A stretch of DNA of 64,000 nucleotides from an uncultured bacterium (GTDB taxonomy: Bacteria > Omnitrophota > Gorgyraeia > Duberdicusellales > CBEUCJ01), in assembly GCA_965541615.1 (NCBI GenBank), contig CBEUCJ010000004.1, positions 91,071-155,070 on the forward strand, written 5' to 3'. Every line of letters begins with the position of its first letter. The first letter of the stretch is position 1. The notes beneath the pieces were generated by a model. That model searched no databases and was not told where the DNA came from. It saw only the letters and a list, made by a program, of their open reading frames with translations. Shown here one piece after another: positions 42,221-50,713 of this stretch. A program made the translations under genes and the position numbers.

Positions 42221-44668
42221 ATGTTTAACAGATTTACTGAAAGAGCAAGGAAAGTAATTTTATTAGCTAAAGAAGAAGCCAAACGCTTCAACCATGATTA
42301 CATAGGTACTGAACACATTCTGTTAGGTCTAATTAAGGAATCTGAAGGAGTAGCTGTTGCAGTTTTAGAAAATTTAGGAGTTAATTTGAATGGATTAAAA
42401 AGAGAGATAGAAAAATACATACATCCTAATCCAAGTTCTGTACATATAGTAGGAGACATTCCTTTTACTCCCAGAGCAAAGAAAGCTTTAGAATTAGCAG
42501 CAGAAGAGGCACGCAACTTAGGGCATAGTTATATAGGTACTGAACATTTACTTTTAGGTTTATTAAAAGAAGGAGAAGGAATAGCTGCGCAGGTTTTAAA
42601 TGATTTGGGTGTAGATTTTCAGAAAGTAAGAACTGAAGTTATGAATCTCTTGGGATTTTCAACTGCGTCTAGTAGTTTTCCAGGTAGTCACAAAACGCAT
42701 GTTAAAACACCTGCTTTAGATGCATTTGGAAGAGATTTAACACAGTTAGCTAAAGAAGGCAAATTAGATCCAGTCATTGGCAGAGAGAATGAGATTCAGA
42801 GAGTAATGCAGGTCTTATGCAGAAGGACAAAGAATAATCCTGTTCTCTTAGGAGAAGCAGGTGTAGGAAAAACTGCTATTGTAGAAGGGTTAGCTCAAAG
42901 AATAATAAAAGGAGAAGTCCCTGAGTTATTAAAAAACAAAAGAATAGTCGCTTTAGATTTAGCTTTAATGGTTGCAGGTACAAAATACAGAGGACAATTT
43001 GAAGAAAGAATAAAAGCAGTTATGGAAGAGATAAAGCAAGCCAAAGATGTAATATTATTTATAGATGAGTTACATACCTTAGTTGGAGCAGGAGCTGCAG
43101 AAGGAGCAATAGATGCTTCAAATATTTTAAAACCTGCTCTATCTAGAGGTGAGATTCAATGTATAGGAGCTACTACTTTTGATGAGTACAGAAAACATAT
43201 TGAGAAAGATGCAGCTTTAGAAAGGAGGTTTCAGCCTATTTTTGTAGACCCTCCGACTGTAGAACAGACTATAGAGATATTAAAAGGGCTAAGAGACAGA
43301 TATGAAGCTCATCACAGAGTAAGGTTTTTAGATCAAGCTTTAGAATCTGCAGCCAAATTATCAGATAGATATATTTCAGGCAGATACCTTCCTGATAAAG
43401 CTATAGATTTAATAGATGAAGCAGGTGCACGTGCAAGACTAAGGGTTTTGACTCCTCCTCCAGAGATAAAGGAATTAGAAAATAAACTAGAACATATAAG
43501 AAAAGAAAAAGAAGCCTACATAAAACAACAAAATTTTGAAGCAGCTGCTAACTTAAGAGACGAAGAAAGAGCTATACGCATGAAGTTAGAAGCTTTAAGA
43601 AAAGAATGGTCTCAAAAGAGAGAATCACTGATACCCACAGTTACTGCTGAAGACATAGCAAAGATAGTTTCTCAATGGACAGGAATTCCTTTATACAGAT
43701 TAGAAGAGACTGAGTCTGAAAAATTACTAAGGTTAGAAGAGGAAATATCCAAAAGAGTAGTAGGACAATCAGAAGCTATAAAAGCTGTAGCCAGAGCTAT
43801 AAGAAGATCAAGAGCAGGAATTAAAGATCCTAAAAGACCTATAGGTTCTTTTATATTTTTGGGCCCAACAGGTGTAGGTAAAACTTTATTAGCAAGAGCT
43901 TTAGCTGAGTATATGTTTGGAAATGAGGAAGCATTAATCCAAATAGATATGTCTGAATACATGGAGAAATTTAATGTTTCAAGATTAATTGGAGCTCCTC
44001 CTGGATATGTAGGATATGAAGAAGGAGGCCAGTTAACAGAAGCTGTAAGAAGAAAACCTTATAGTGTAGTACTTTTAGATGAGATAGAGAAAGCTCACCC
44101 TGATGTTTTCAATCTTCTTTTGCAAATATTAGAAGATGGTAGGCTTACAGATAGTTTTGGAAGAAAGGTAGATTTTAGAAATACAATTTTAATCATGACT
44201 TCAAATGTAGGAGCTGAGATTATAAGAAAAAAAGGTTCCTTAGGTTTTAAAGTATTAAAAGAAGAGATTTCTTATGAAGAGATGAAAGAAAGGTTGTTAG
44301 AAGAAGTTAAGAAAACATTTAAGCCTGAATTTTTAAACCGAATAGATGAGATAATTGTTTTTAGACCTTTAAATAAAGAAGATTTGGAGAAAATTGTAGA
44401 TATTGAGATGAGCTTTGTGAAAGAGAGATTAAAGGAAAAAGGAGTAGATATCGAGTTAACAAAATCAGCTAAAGAGTTTTTAATCGAAAAAGGCTTTGAT
44501 CCTGCTTTTGGAGCCAGACCCTTAAAAAGAGTAATTCAAAGGTATATAGAAGATTCATTAGCAGAAGAGTTAATAGCTCAGAAGTTTTCACACAAAACCC
44601 CAGATCCTCAAACCAAACTCATCAAGATAAAAATAGATTTTAAAGATAATAAGATTATATTTGAATGA
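42221..44668 (+). CDS. clpC: ATP-dependent Clp protease ATP-binding subunit ClpC
   Basis: Two Clp-N repeats, two AAA+ modules ([16 protein letters not shown]), an internal UVR motif and a ClpP-docking loop region. Confidence 0.93.
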   Translation: MFNRFTERARKVILLAKEEAKRFNHDYIGTEHILLGLIKESEGVAVAVLENLGVNLNGLKREIEKYIHPNPSSVHIVGDIPFTPRAKKALELAAEEARNLGHSYIGTEHLLLGLLKEGEGIAAQVLNDLGVDFQKVRTEVMNLLGFSTASSSFPGSHKTHVKTPALDAFGRDLTQLAKEGKLDPVIGRENEIQRVMQVLCRRTKNNPVLLGEAGVGKTAIVEGLAQRIIKGEVPELLKNKRIVALDLALMVAGTKYRGQFEERIKAVMEEIKQAKDVILFIDELHTLVGAGAAEGAIDASNILKPALSRGEIQCIGATTFDEYRKHIEKDAALERRFQPIFVDPPTVEQTIEILKGLRDRYEAHHRVRFLDQALESAAKLSDRYISGRYLPDKAIDLIDEAGARARLRVLTPPPEIKELENKLEHIRKEKEAYIKQQNFEAAANLRDEERAIRMKLEALRKEWSQKRESLIPTVTAEDIAKIVSQWTGIPLYRLEETESEKLLRLEEEISKRVVGQSEAIKAVARAIRRSRAGIKDPKRPIGSFIFLGPTGVGKTLLARALAEYMFGNEEALIQIDMSEYMEKFNVSRLIGAPPGYVGYEEGGQLTEAVRRKPYSVVLLDEIEKAHPDVFNLLLQILEDGRLTDSFGRKVDFRNTILIMTSNVGAEIIRKKGSLGFKVLKEEISYEEMKERLLEEVKKTFKPEFLNRIDEIIVFRPLNKEDLEKIVDIEMSFVKERLKEKGVDIELTKSAKEFLIEKGFDPAFGARPLKRVIQRYIEDSLAEELIAQKFSHKTPDPQTKLIKIKIDFKDNKIIFE

Positions 44669-45453
44669 GATGCTTGGTTTTTTTAGTATCTTTCTTTTTA
44701 ACTTTACCTGTCTGGAGTCTTCAATTTAGAGGTGTCTTTAAAGAAAAGATTTTAGAATTTAATTTAGATTCTGAGAAAAATCCTTTTGTAAAAGGAAGAA
44801 TAATCTTTGATTCAGAAAAAATAAAAATCCCTTTTATAAAAGCTTCAAATTTTAAATTTTCAGGAATCTTTAATACACAGACTAAAAGCTCAAAATTTTA
44901 TTTAGAATTTGAAGATATAGATTTGAAAATTATAGCTTTCCTTTTTGGATTTACAGAGAAAGAGTTAGAAAATTTTAATTGTAAAGTAACAGGTTCTCTA
45001 AAATTAGATTCTAATACTTTAGAGGTTTTTCTTAAAAGTAAAGAATGTTTAATTTTTGGAGACAAGTTTAAATATGCTCAAATTGCAGGGAGAGGAGATA
45101 TTGAAAATTTTATTTTAAAAGACTCTTATTTGGAAAAGCCAGATGGTACCAAAATTTTTATTAAAGGTGTAGTAAATTTTAAAAAAATAAAAGATTCAAT
45201 AAGAAGTTTACATTTAGAATCAGAAAGCATAGAGTTTTTAAATAATTTTAAATTGACTTCTTATCAAGGCAGAATATATTTTTTAAAAAAGGGAGAGAAA
45301 GGAGATTTAGAGATTTGGCCTATATTCTATGATGATCAAAAAAATCTCCAAAGTTGGGAATTTAGATACAAGTTAGATGAAAGTGATTTTTTAAGAATAA
45401 GATTTAGCAATCAAGACACTATTTTAGGATTTGAGAAAAGATTTAAATTTTAA
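44665..45453 (+). CDS. Hypothetical secreted protein with an N-terminal signal peptide. It is translationally coupled between clpC and mlaE.
   Basis: [18 protein letters not shown] is a signal peptide. There are no recognisable family motifs. It overlaps both neighbours by ATGA/TAATG. Confidence 0.55.
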   Translation: MRCLVFLVSFFLTLPVWSLQFRGVFKEKILEFNLDSEKNPFVKGRIIFDSEKIKIPFIKASNFKFSGIFNTQTKSSKFYLEFEDIDLKIIAFLFGFTEKELENFNCKVTGSLKLDSNTLEVFLKSKECLIFGDKFKYAQIAGRGDIENFILKDSYLEKPDGTKIFIKGVVNFKKIKDSIRSLHLESESIEFLNNFKLTSYQGRIYFLKKGEKGDLEIWPIFYDDQKNLQSWEFRYKLDESDFLRIRFSNQDTILGFEKRFKF

Positions 45454-46196
45454 TGAAATTTTTCAAATATTTAGGAGAAATAACTATTTTCTTTTTAAGA
45501 ACTCTTTATGCAACAGTCTCGCCCCCTTTTAGAATATCCAGAATAATAGAACAGATTTATGTATCAGGCACTCAAAGCTTACCTTTAGTAAGTATAATTA
45601 GTTTTTTTGTAGGTGTAATACTAGCTTTGCAATCTGCTTATCAACTTCAAAGATTGTCTTCAGAGATTTACATTGCTCCTTTGGTATCTTTATCTCTTTG
45701 CAGAGAATTGGGGCCAGTTTTGGCTTCTCTGATAGTAGCAGGAAGAGTAGGATCCTCAGTTGCAGCTTCATTTGGGAGTATGAAGATAACTGAACAAATA
45801 GATGCTTTAAGGAGTTTAGGGATTTCGCCCATAAAATTTTTGGTAACACCTCGTTTTGTAGGACTTTTAATATCATTGCCACTCTTAATTATCTGGGCAG
45901 ATTTAGTAGGAATTTTAGGAGGATTTTTGGTCTGTGTGACTAAATTAAAGATTAATCCTTACACTTATTTAAAAATGAGTTTTGATGTTTTAAGATTTAA
46001 AGATTATTTTATCGGTATATTCAAAGGGTTTATATTTGGAGGTTGTATAAGTATAATAAGTTCTTTTGAAGGTTTTAGGACTGAATTTGGAGCTGAAGGT
46101 GTAGGTAAAGCTGTGATAAAAGCTGTAGTAAAATCATTTTTATTAATAATATTTTTAGATTGTATTTTGACTTTTATATTTTTCTTTGCCTTATGA
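45453..46196 (+). CDS. mlaE: Mla-type ABC transporter permease (MlaE family)
   Basis: MlaE-like conserved core (CRELGPVLASLIVAGRVGSSVAA...EQIDALRSLGISP). Confidence 0.85.
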   Translation: MKFFKYLGEITIFFLRTLYATVSPPFRISRIIEQIYVSGTQSLPLVSIISFFVGVILALQSAYQLQRLSSEIYIAPLVSLSLCRELGPVLASLIVAGRVGSSVAASFGSMKITEQIDALRSLGISPIKFLVTPRFVGLLISLPLLIIWADLVGILGGFLVCVTKLKINPYTYLKMSFDVLRFKDYFIGIFKGFIFGGCISIISSFEGFRTEFGAEGVGKAVIKAVVKSFLLIIFLDCILTFIFFFAL

Positions 46197-46951
46197 TAAG
46201 AGTAAGAGGCGTAAAAAAATCATTTGGAGACTTAAAAGTATTAAGAGGAATAGATTTAGATATTCATGATGGCGAAACTTTGGTTATATTGGGAAAATCT
46301 GGTGAAGGTAAAACTGTTTTTTTAAAGATACTCACAGGACTTTTAGAGCCTGATTCTGGAAGCGTGATTATAAACGGAATAGATATTACTAAACTAACTG
46401 AGAGAGAATTGAATGATATAAGATTAGGTATGGGCATTGTGTTCCAAGAGAATGCTTTATTCGATTTTTTGACGGTTAAAGAAAATGTGAGTATATTATT
46501 CAAAGAGCTCGCTAAAAAATTGTTAAAAAAAGAAATCAAGAAAGAAAACATAGATAAAAAGGTAAAGAATATTTTGAAATTAGTAGGCTTAGAAGGTAAA
46601 GAAGACTTTTATCCTCAAGCTTTAAGTGGAGGGATGAAAAAAAGAGTAGCTATTGCAAGAGCTTTAATTTTGAATCCTTATATTCTTTTTTATGATGAAC
46701 CTACCTCAGGAATAGATCCAGTTACAGCTTCAAAAATAAATTTTTTAATTAAAGATCTCCATGATAAACTAAATATAACTTCAATTGTAGTAACTCATGA
46801 TTTAAATTGCGCTTTCTTCATTTGTGATAGGATAGCTTTGTTAAGTTCAGGTAAGATAGTATTTTGTGGTAAGAAGGAGGAGTTTTTAAATAGCAAGATA
46901 CCTCAAGTTAAAGAATTTTTAGAGAGTTATTATGCAATAAAAAGCATATGA
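46193..46951 (+). CDS. mlaF: Mla-type ABC transporter ATP-binding protein (MlaF family)
   Basis: Walker A GKSGEGKT, signature LSGGMKKR, Walker B LFYDEPTSG. The ATG at 46193 overlaps the mlaE stop; the track start 46160 is upstream. Confidence 0.85.
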   Translation: MIRVRGVKKSFGDLKVLRGIDLDIHDGETLVILGKSGEGKTVFLKILTGLLEPDSGSVIINGIDITKLTERELNDIRLGMGIVFQENALFDFLTVKENVSILFKELAKKLLKKEIKKENIDKKVKNILKLVGLEGKEDFYPQALSGGMKKRVAIARALILNPYILFYDEPTSGIDPVTASKINFLIKDLHDKLNITSIVVTHDLNCAFFICDRIALLSSGKIVFCGKKEEFLNSKIPQVKEFLESYYAIKSI

Positions 46952-47628
46952 AAAAAATTAATTATTTAAAAGTAGGTTTATTTGTATTTTTAAGTTGCAT
47001 AATTTTCTTAGTTTTTATAATTTCATTAGGAGATAAAAGATTTTTAAGTAAAAGAAAAGAATTTATTGTAGAATTTAAATATGTTTGGGGATTAAAAGAA
47101 TATTCTCCTGTAAAAGTGTTAGGAGTAGATGTAGGTTTTGTAAGAAAAATAAAGTTAGATACTCTTAATAAAAGAGTATTAGTTTATCTTAGCATAAAAA
47201 AGGATATAGACTTACCTGCAGATTCAACATTTTTCATAAATACTTTAGGACTCTTTGGAGAAAAATACTTAGAGATAACCCCTGGCAAAGAGAAAAACTT
47301 AATAAGACCTGGACAAATAGTAAAAGGAGAAGAACTCTTAGATTTTCATAGTGTATTTAAAAAGTTTTCAGATTTAACTTTTCATTTAGAGAAGGTAGTA
47401 AAAGATGAAGATTTGAAACTCAGATTTAAAAATCTAATTGCAAATTTTAACACTCTTTTGAAAGATTTTGATATTGTTTTAAAAAATTTGAGGTCTAAAA
47501 AGGGAACTTTAGGTAAGATTCTTTTTGAAGATGAACTCTACAATAACATAAATGATCTAATTAAAGATTTAAAAGAACATCCATGGAAGTTATTAAGGAG
47601 ACCTAAAAGGAGATATAAAAGGAAATGA
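46948..47628 (+). CDS. mlaD: MCE-domain periplasmic protein (MlaD family)
   Basis: N-terminal TM anchor plus an MCE domain. Confidence 0.8.
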   Translation: MKKINYLKVGLFVFLSCIIFLVFIISLGDKRFLSKRKEFIVEFKYVWGLKEYSPVKVLGVDVGFVRKIKLDTLNKRVLVYLSIKKDIDLPADSTFFINTLGLFGEKYLEITPGKEKNLIRPGQIVKGEELLDFHSVFKKFSDLTFHLEKVVKDEDLKLRFKNLIANFNTLLKDFDIVLKNLRSKKGTLGKILFEDELYNNINDLIKDLKEHPWKLLRRPKRRYKRK

Positions 47629-48971
47629 AAGAAAAGTTCTATTGTGTTAATTGTGGATATCAATCTCAAAAATGGTTAGGAAGATGTCCACAGTGTAAAA
47701 GTTGGGATTCTTTTAAAATCTTAAAGGAAGAAAAGAAAACTCAAATTTTAGAAGAGGATTCAGAGTTGATAAAATTAAGCAAAGTAAAAATAGACAAAGA
47801 TTTAAAGATAACTACAGATTATGAAGAGTTAGATAGAGTTTTAGGAGGAGGATTCGTCTTAGGAAGTAGTGTTTTAATTGGGGGTTGGCCAGGAATAGGA
47901 AAATCAACTTTGGCTCTTCAAATAGCTTCAAGATTAACGCATAAAGGGAAAAAAGTGTTGTACATTTCAGGAGAAGAATCCTTAAAACAGATAAAACTAA
48001 GAGCACAAAGACTTAAAGAGTTAAATTTAGATTTTTATATACTTTCTACTCAAAATTTGAAAAAAGCTTTAGAGAGTATAAAAGAGATAAAACCAGATTT
48101 AGTGATCGTAGACTCAATACAAGTCTTTTTCTTAGAGGAGTTGGATTCTGCTCCAGGAAGCATAGTTCAGGTAAGAGAGTGCGCTTTCTTATTAATAAAG
48201 ACTTGTAAAACTCATAATATTTGTTTGCTTTTAATAGGTCATGTTACAAAAGAAGGTTTAATAGCAGGTCCTAAAATATTAGAACACATGGTAGATGTAG
48301 TCTTGTACTTTGAAGGAGAAAGTAATACTGATTTCAGAATTTTAAGAGCTCAGAAGAATAGATTTGGAGCCACAAATGAAATAGCTGTTTTTGAAATGAC
48401 AGGTTCAGGTTTAAGAGAAGTCAAAAATCCTTCTGAATATTTTTTAAGTTATTATCAAAAGCCTATTAGTGGAGTCTGTGTAGGGTGTGTTTTGGAGGGA
48501 ACAAGACCTATATTTGTGGAATTTCAAGCTTTGGTATGTAAGAGCAGTTTTGGACAAGTAAGAAGAAGATCTGAAGGGTTTGATTACAACAGATTCAGTT
48601 TATTAACTGCTGTTATAGAAAAAAAAGCAGGCTTATTTTTGGCTAATCAAGATATATTTGTAAATGTAGCAGGTGGTTTAAAGATAGAAGATCCTTGTGC
48701 AGATTTAGCTTTGGTAAGCAGTATTTTTTCCTCATTTAAAGAAAAAGCTATTCCTTTAGATTGGTGTTTTATGGGTGAGATAAGTTTAACAGGGGATTTA
48801 AGAAGGGTAAATAGACTTAATTTGAGATTGAGAGAAGCTAAGAAATTAGGTTTTAAAAGAGTATTCTTGCCTGAAGTTAATGAAAGAGATTTTAGAAAAG
48901 ATATTTTTTCTGAAGTAGTTTTTATTTCAAATATTAAAGAACTTTTTAGTATTTTAGAAGAGGAGGTTTAA
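47625..48971 (+). CDS. radA: DNA repair protein RadA/Sms
   Basis: N-terminal C4 zinc finger (CVNCG..CPQC), RecA-like Walker A GWPGIGKST, KNRFG motif and a Lon-like C-terminal domain. Confidence 0.92.
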   Translation: MKEKFYCVNCGYQSQKWLGRCPQCKSWDSFKILKEEKKTQILEEDSELIKLSKVKIDKDLKITTDYEELDRVLGGGFVLGSSVLIGGWPGIGKSTLALQIASRLTHKGKKVLYISGEESLKQIKLRAQRLKELNLDFYILSTQNLKKALESIKEIKPDLVIVDSIQVFFLEELDSAPGSIVQVRECAFLLIKTCKTHNICLLLIGHVTKEGLIAGPKILEHMVDVVLYFEGESNTDFRILRAQKNRFGATNEIAVFEMTGSGLREVKNPSEYFLSYYQKPISGVCVGCVLEGTRPIFVEFQALVCKSSFGQVRRRSEGFDYNRFSLLTAVIEKKAGLFLANQDIFVNVAGGLKIEDPCADLALVSSIFSSFKEKAIPLDWCFMGEISLTGDLRRVNRLNLRLREAKKLGFKRVFLPEVNERDFRKDIFSEVVFISNIKELFSILEEEV

Positions 48972-48974
48972 ATA

Positions 48975-49964
48975 ATGCTTATTTGGTTTATTAGATTATT
49001 TTTCTTAATTTCTTTAACTATTATAGGTAGTGAATTAGGGCAAAGTTTTCAGAAACCAGAGTTGGGAATGATATTAGGAGGAGTATTAGCAATTTTAGTT
49101 ATTATTCTTGAGATCTTTACGAGAAAAATATCTTTAAGAGGTTTATCGAGTGCAGTTTTTGGTTTATTGTTAGGAATAATTATGGCAAAGATTCTTATTC
49201 AACCTGTTAAGTTTTTACCTCTTTCAGAAAGTATGATCTCTGGATTAGAGATTATTTTTATTTTTGTATTTTCTTATTTAGGAGTAGTATTAGCTTTGAG
49301 AGGTAAAGATGAATTCAATATCATAATTCCTTATGTTAAATTTAAAAGAATAGACTTAAAAGAAGAAAATTACATTTTAGATACCTCTTCTATAATCGAT
49401 GGAAGAATTTTAGATGTAATAAAAACAGGTTTTTTAGAAGGAAGGTTTATAATTCCTAGATTCATATTAGCTGAACTTCAAAAGATTTCTGATTCTCAAG
49501 ACCCTTTGAAAAGACAAAGAGGAAGGAGAGGTTTAGAGATTTTAAATTCTATAAAACGAGAACCTAAAATAGACTTAAAGATTCATGCTCAGGATTTTGA
49601 AGAGATAAAAGATGTAGATGCTAAAATTGTGAGATTAGCTCAGATGTTAGATGCTAAGGTTATAACTACAGATTATAATTTAAATAGAATCTGTGAATTA
49701 GAAGGGATAAAAGTATTAAACATAAATGAATTAGCTAATGCTTTAAAGCCTATATTTTTACCTGGTGAAAGATTAAATATTAAGTTGATAAAAGAAGGTA
49801 AAGAATACAATCAAGCTGTAGGCTATTTAGATGATGGTACCATGGTAGTAGTAGAGAATGCAAAAAGTTTAATAGGCAAAGAAGTAGAAGTAATAGTTTC
49901 CTCTATTCTTCAAACTCCTGCTGGAAGGATAATCTTTTGTAAGCTCCCTCATGAGTTCAGATAA
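48975..49964 (+). CDS. PIN/TRAM-domain membrane protein (YacL-like)
   Basis: N-terminal TM helices, a PIN domain (ILDTSSIIDGRI) and a C-terminal TRAM domain. Adjacent to radA, as in Bacillus. Confidence 0.75.
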   Translation: MLIWFIRLFFLISLTIIGSELGQSFQKPELGMILGGVLAILVIILEIFTRKISLRGLSSAVFGLLLGIIMAKILIQPVKFLPLSESMISGLEIIFIFVFSYLGVVLALRGKDEFNIIIPYVKFKRIDLKEENYILDTSSIIDGRILDVIKTGFLEGRFIIPRFILAELQKISDSQDPLKRQRGRRGLEILNSIKREPKIDLKIHAQDFEEIKDVDAKIVRLAQMLDAKVITTDYNLNRICELEGIKVLNINELANALKPIFLPGERLNIKLIKEGKEYNQAVGYLDDGTMVVVENAKSLIGKEVEVIVSSILQTPAGRIIFCKLPHEFR

Positions 49965-50649
49965 GGTAAGTTGTATTTTAGTAGGTGCAGGAAGAGGCGC
50001 AAGATTAGGTAAAAATCAAAGTAAAGCTTTGATTAAGATAAATAATATTCCTCTTTTTTATCATACTTTAAAAAGATTTTTGAATATTAAAGAAATAGAG
50101 GAGATAATCTTGGTATTAAGAAAAGAAGATATCAAAACAGTAAAAAAAATTCTAAAAAATAAGTTAAAAAAAGAGATAAACATAAAGTTAACAACAGGAG
50201 GCAAAAGAAGACAAGATTCAGTTAAAAAAGGATTAAAATTGACTTCTGCTTTTACTAAATACGTACTTATTCATGATATAGCTCGACCCTTTATTAAAAA
50301 AAATTTAATTAGAAAGATGATAAAAGAAATTCAAAATGCTAAAGTTCAAGGATTAGTTTTGGGTAGAAGAGCAGTAAATACTCTTAAAGAAGTAAATTTT
50401 GTAAAGAATCAAGTGTATATAAAAAGAACTTTAGATAGAAAAAAAATTTTTGAAGTCTACACGCCTCAAATATTTGAAAAAGAATCCTTCTTAAAAAGTT
50501 ACTTTTCTCTTAATAAAAAAGAAGTCTTCGATGATTCCCAAATATTTGAACATTTAAAGAAAATGAAGATAAAGGTTTTTGAGACCCAAGAGTTAAATAT
50601 TAAAATCACTTATCCTCAAGATTTAGTTTTGGCTAAAAAGCTCTTATAA
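49951..50649 (+). CDS. ispD: 2-C-methyl-D-erythritol 4-phosphate cytidylyltransferase
   Basis: ILVGAGRGARLG N-terminal motif; about 230 aa. Confidence 0.85.
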   Translation: MSSDKVSCILVGAGRGARLGKNQSKALIKINNIPLFYHTLKRFLNIKEIEEIILVLRKEDIKTVKKILKNKLKKEINIKLTTGGKRRQDSVKKGLKLTSAFTKYVLIHDIARPFIKKNLIRKMIKEIQNAKVQGLVLGRRAVNTLKEVNFVKNQVYIKRTLDRKKIFEVYTPQIFEKESFLKSYFSLNKKEVFDDSQIFEHLKKMKIKVFETQELNIKITYPQDLVLAKKLL

Positions 50650-50657
50650 AGATTTAG

Positions 50658-50686
50658 TTGATTTTTTTCAAAAAAATGTTATATTT
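50658..50686 (+). promoter_or_regulatory. Candidate sigma70-type promoter for pckG
   Basis: TTGATT (50658-63), then a 16 nt spacer, then TGtTATATT (50677-85), 28 nt upstream of the pckG ATG. This is one of only two >60 nt intergenic regions. Such hexamers are frequent by chance in AT-rich DNA. Confidence 0.25.
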
Positions 50687-50713
50687 ATTTGACTTTCAGT
50701 TTATAAAATACCT

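Noticed and set aside
50689-50708. Second promoter-like pair TTGACT (50689-94) / TATAAA (50702-07) just upstream of pckG.
   Set aside because: The spacer is only 7 nt, incompatible with sigma70 geometry. The upstream TTGATT-N16-TGtTATATT pair was preferred.
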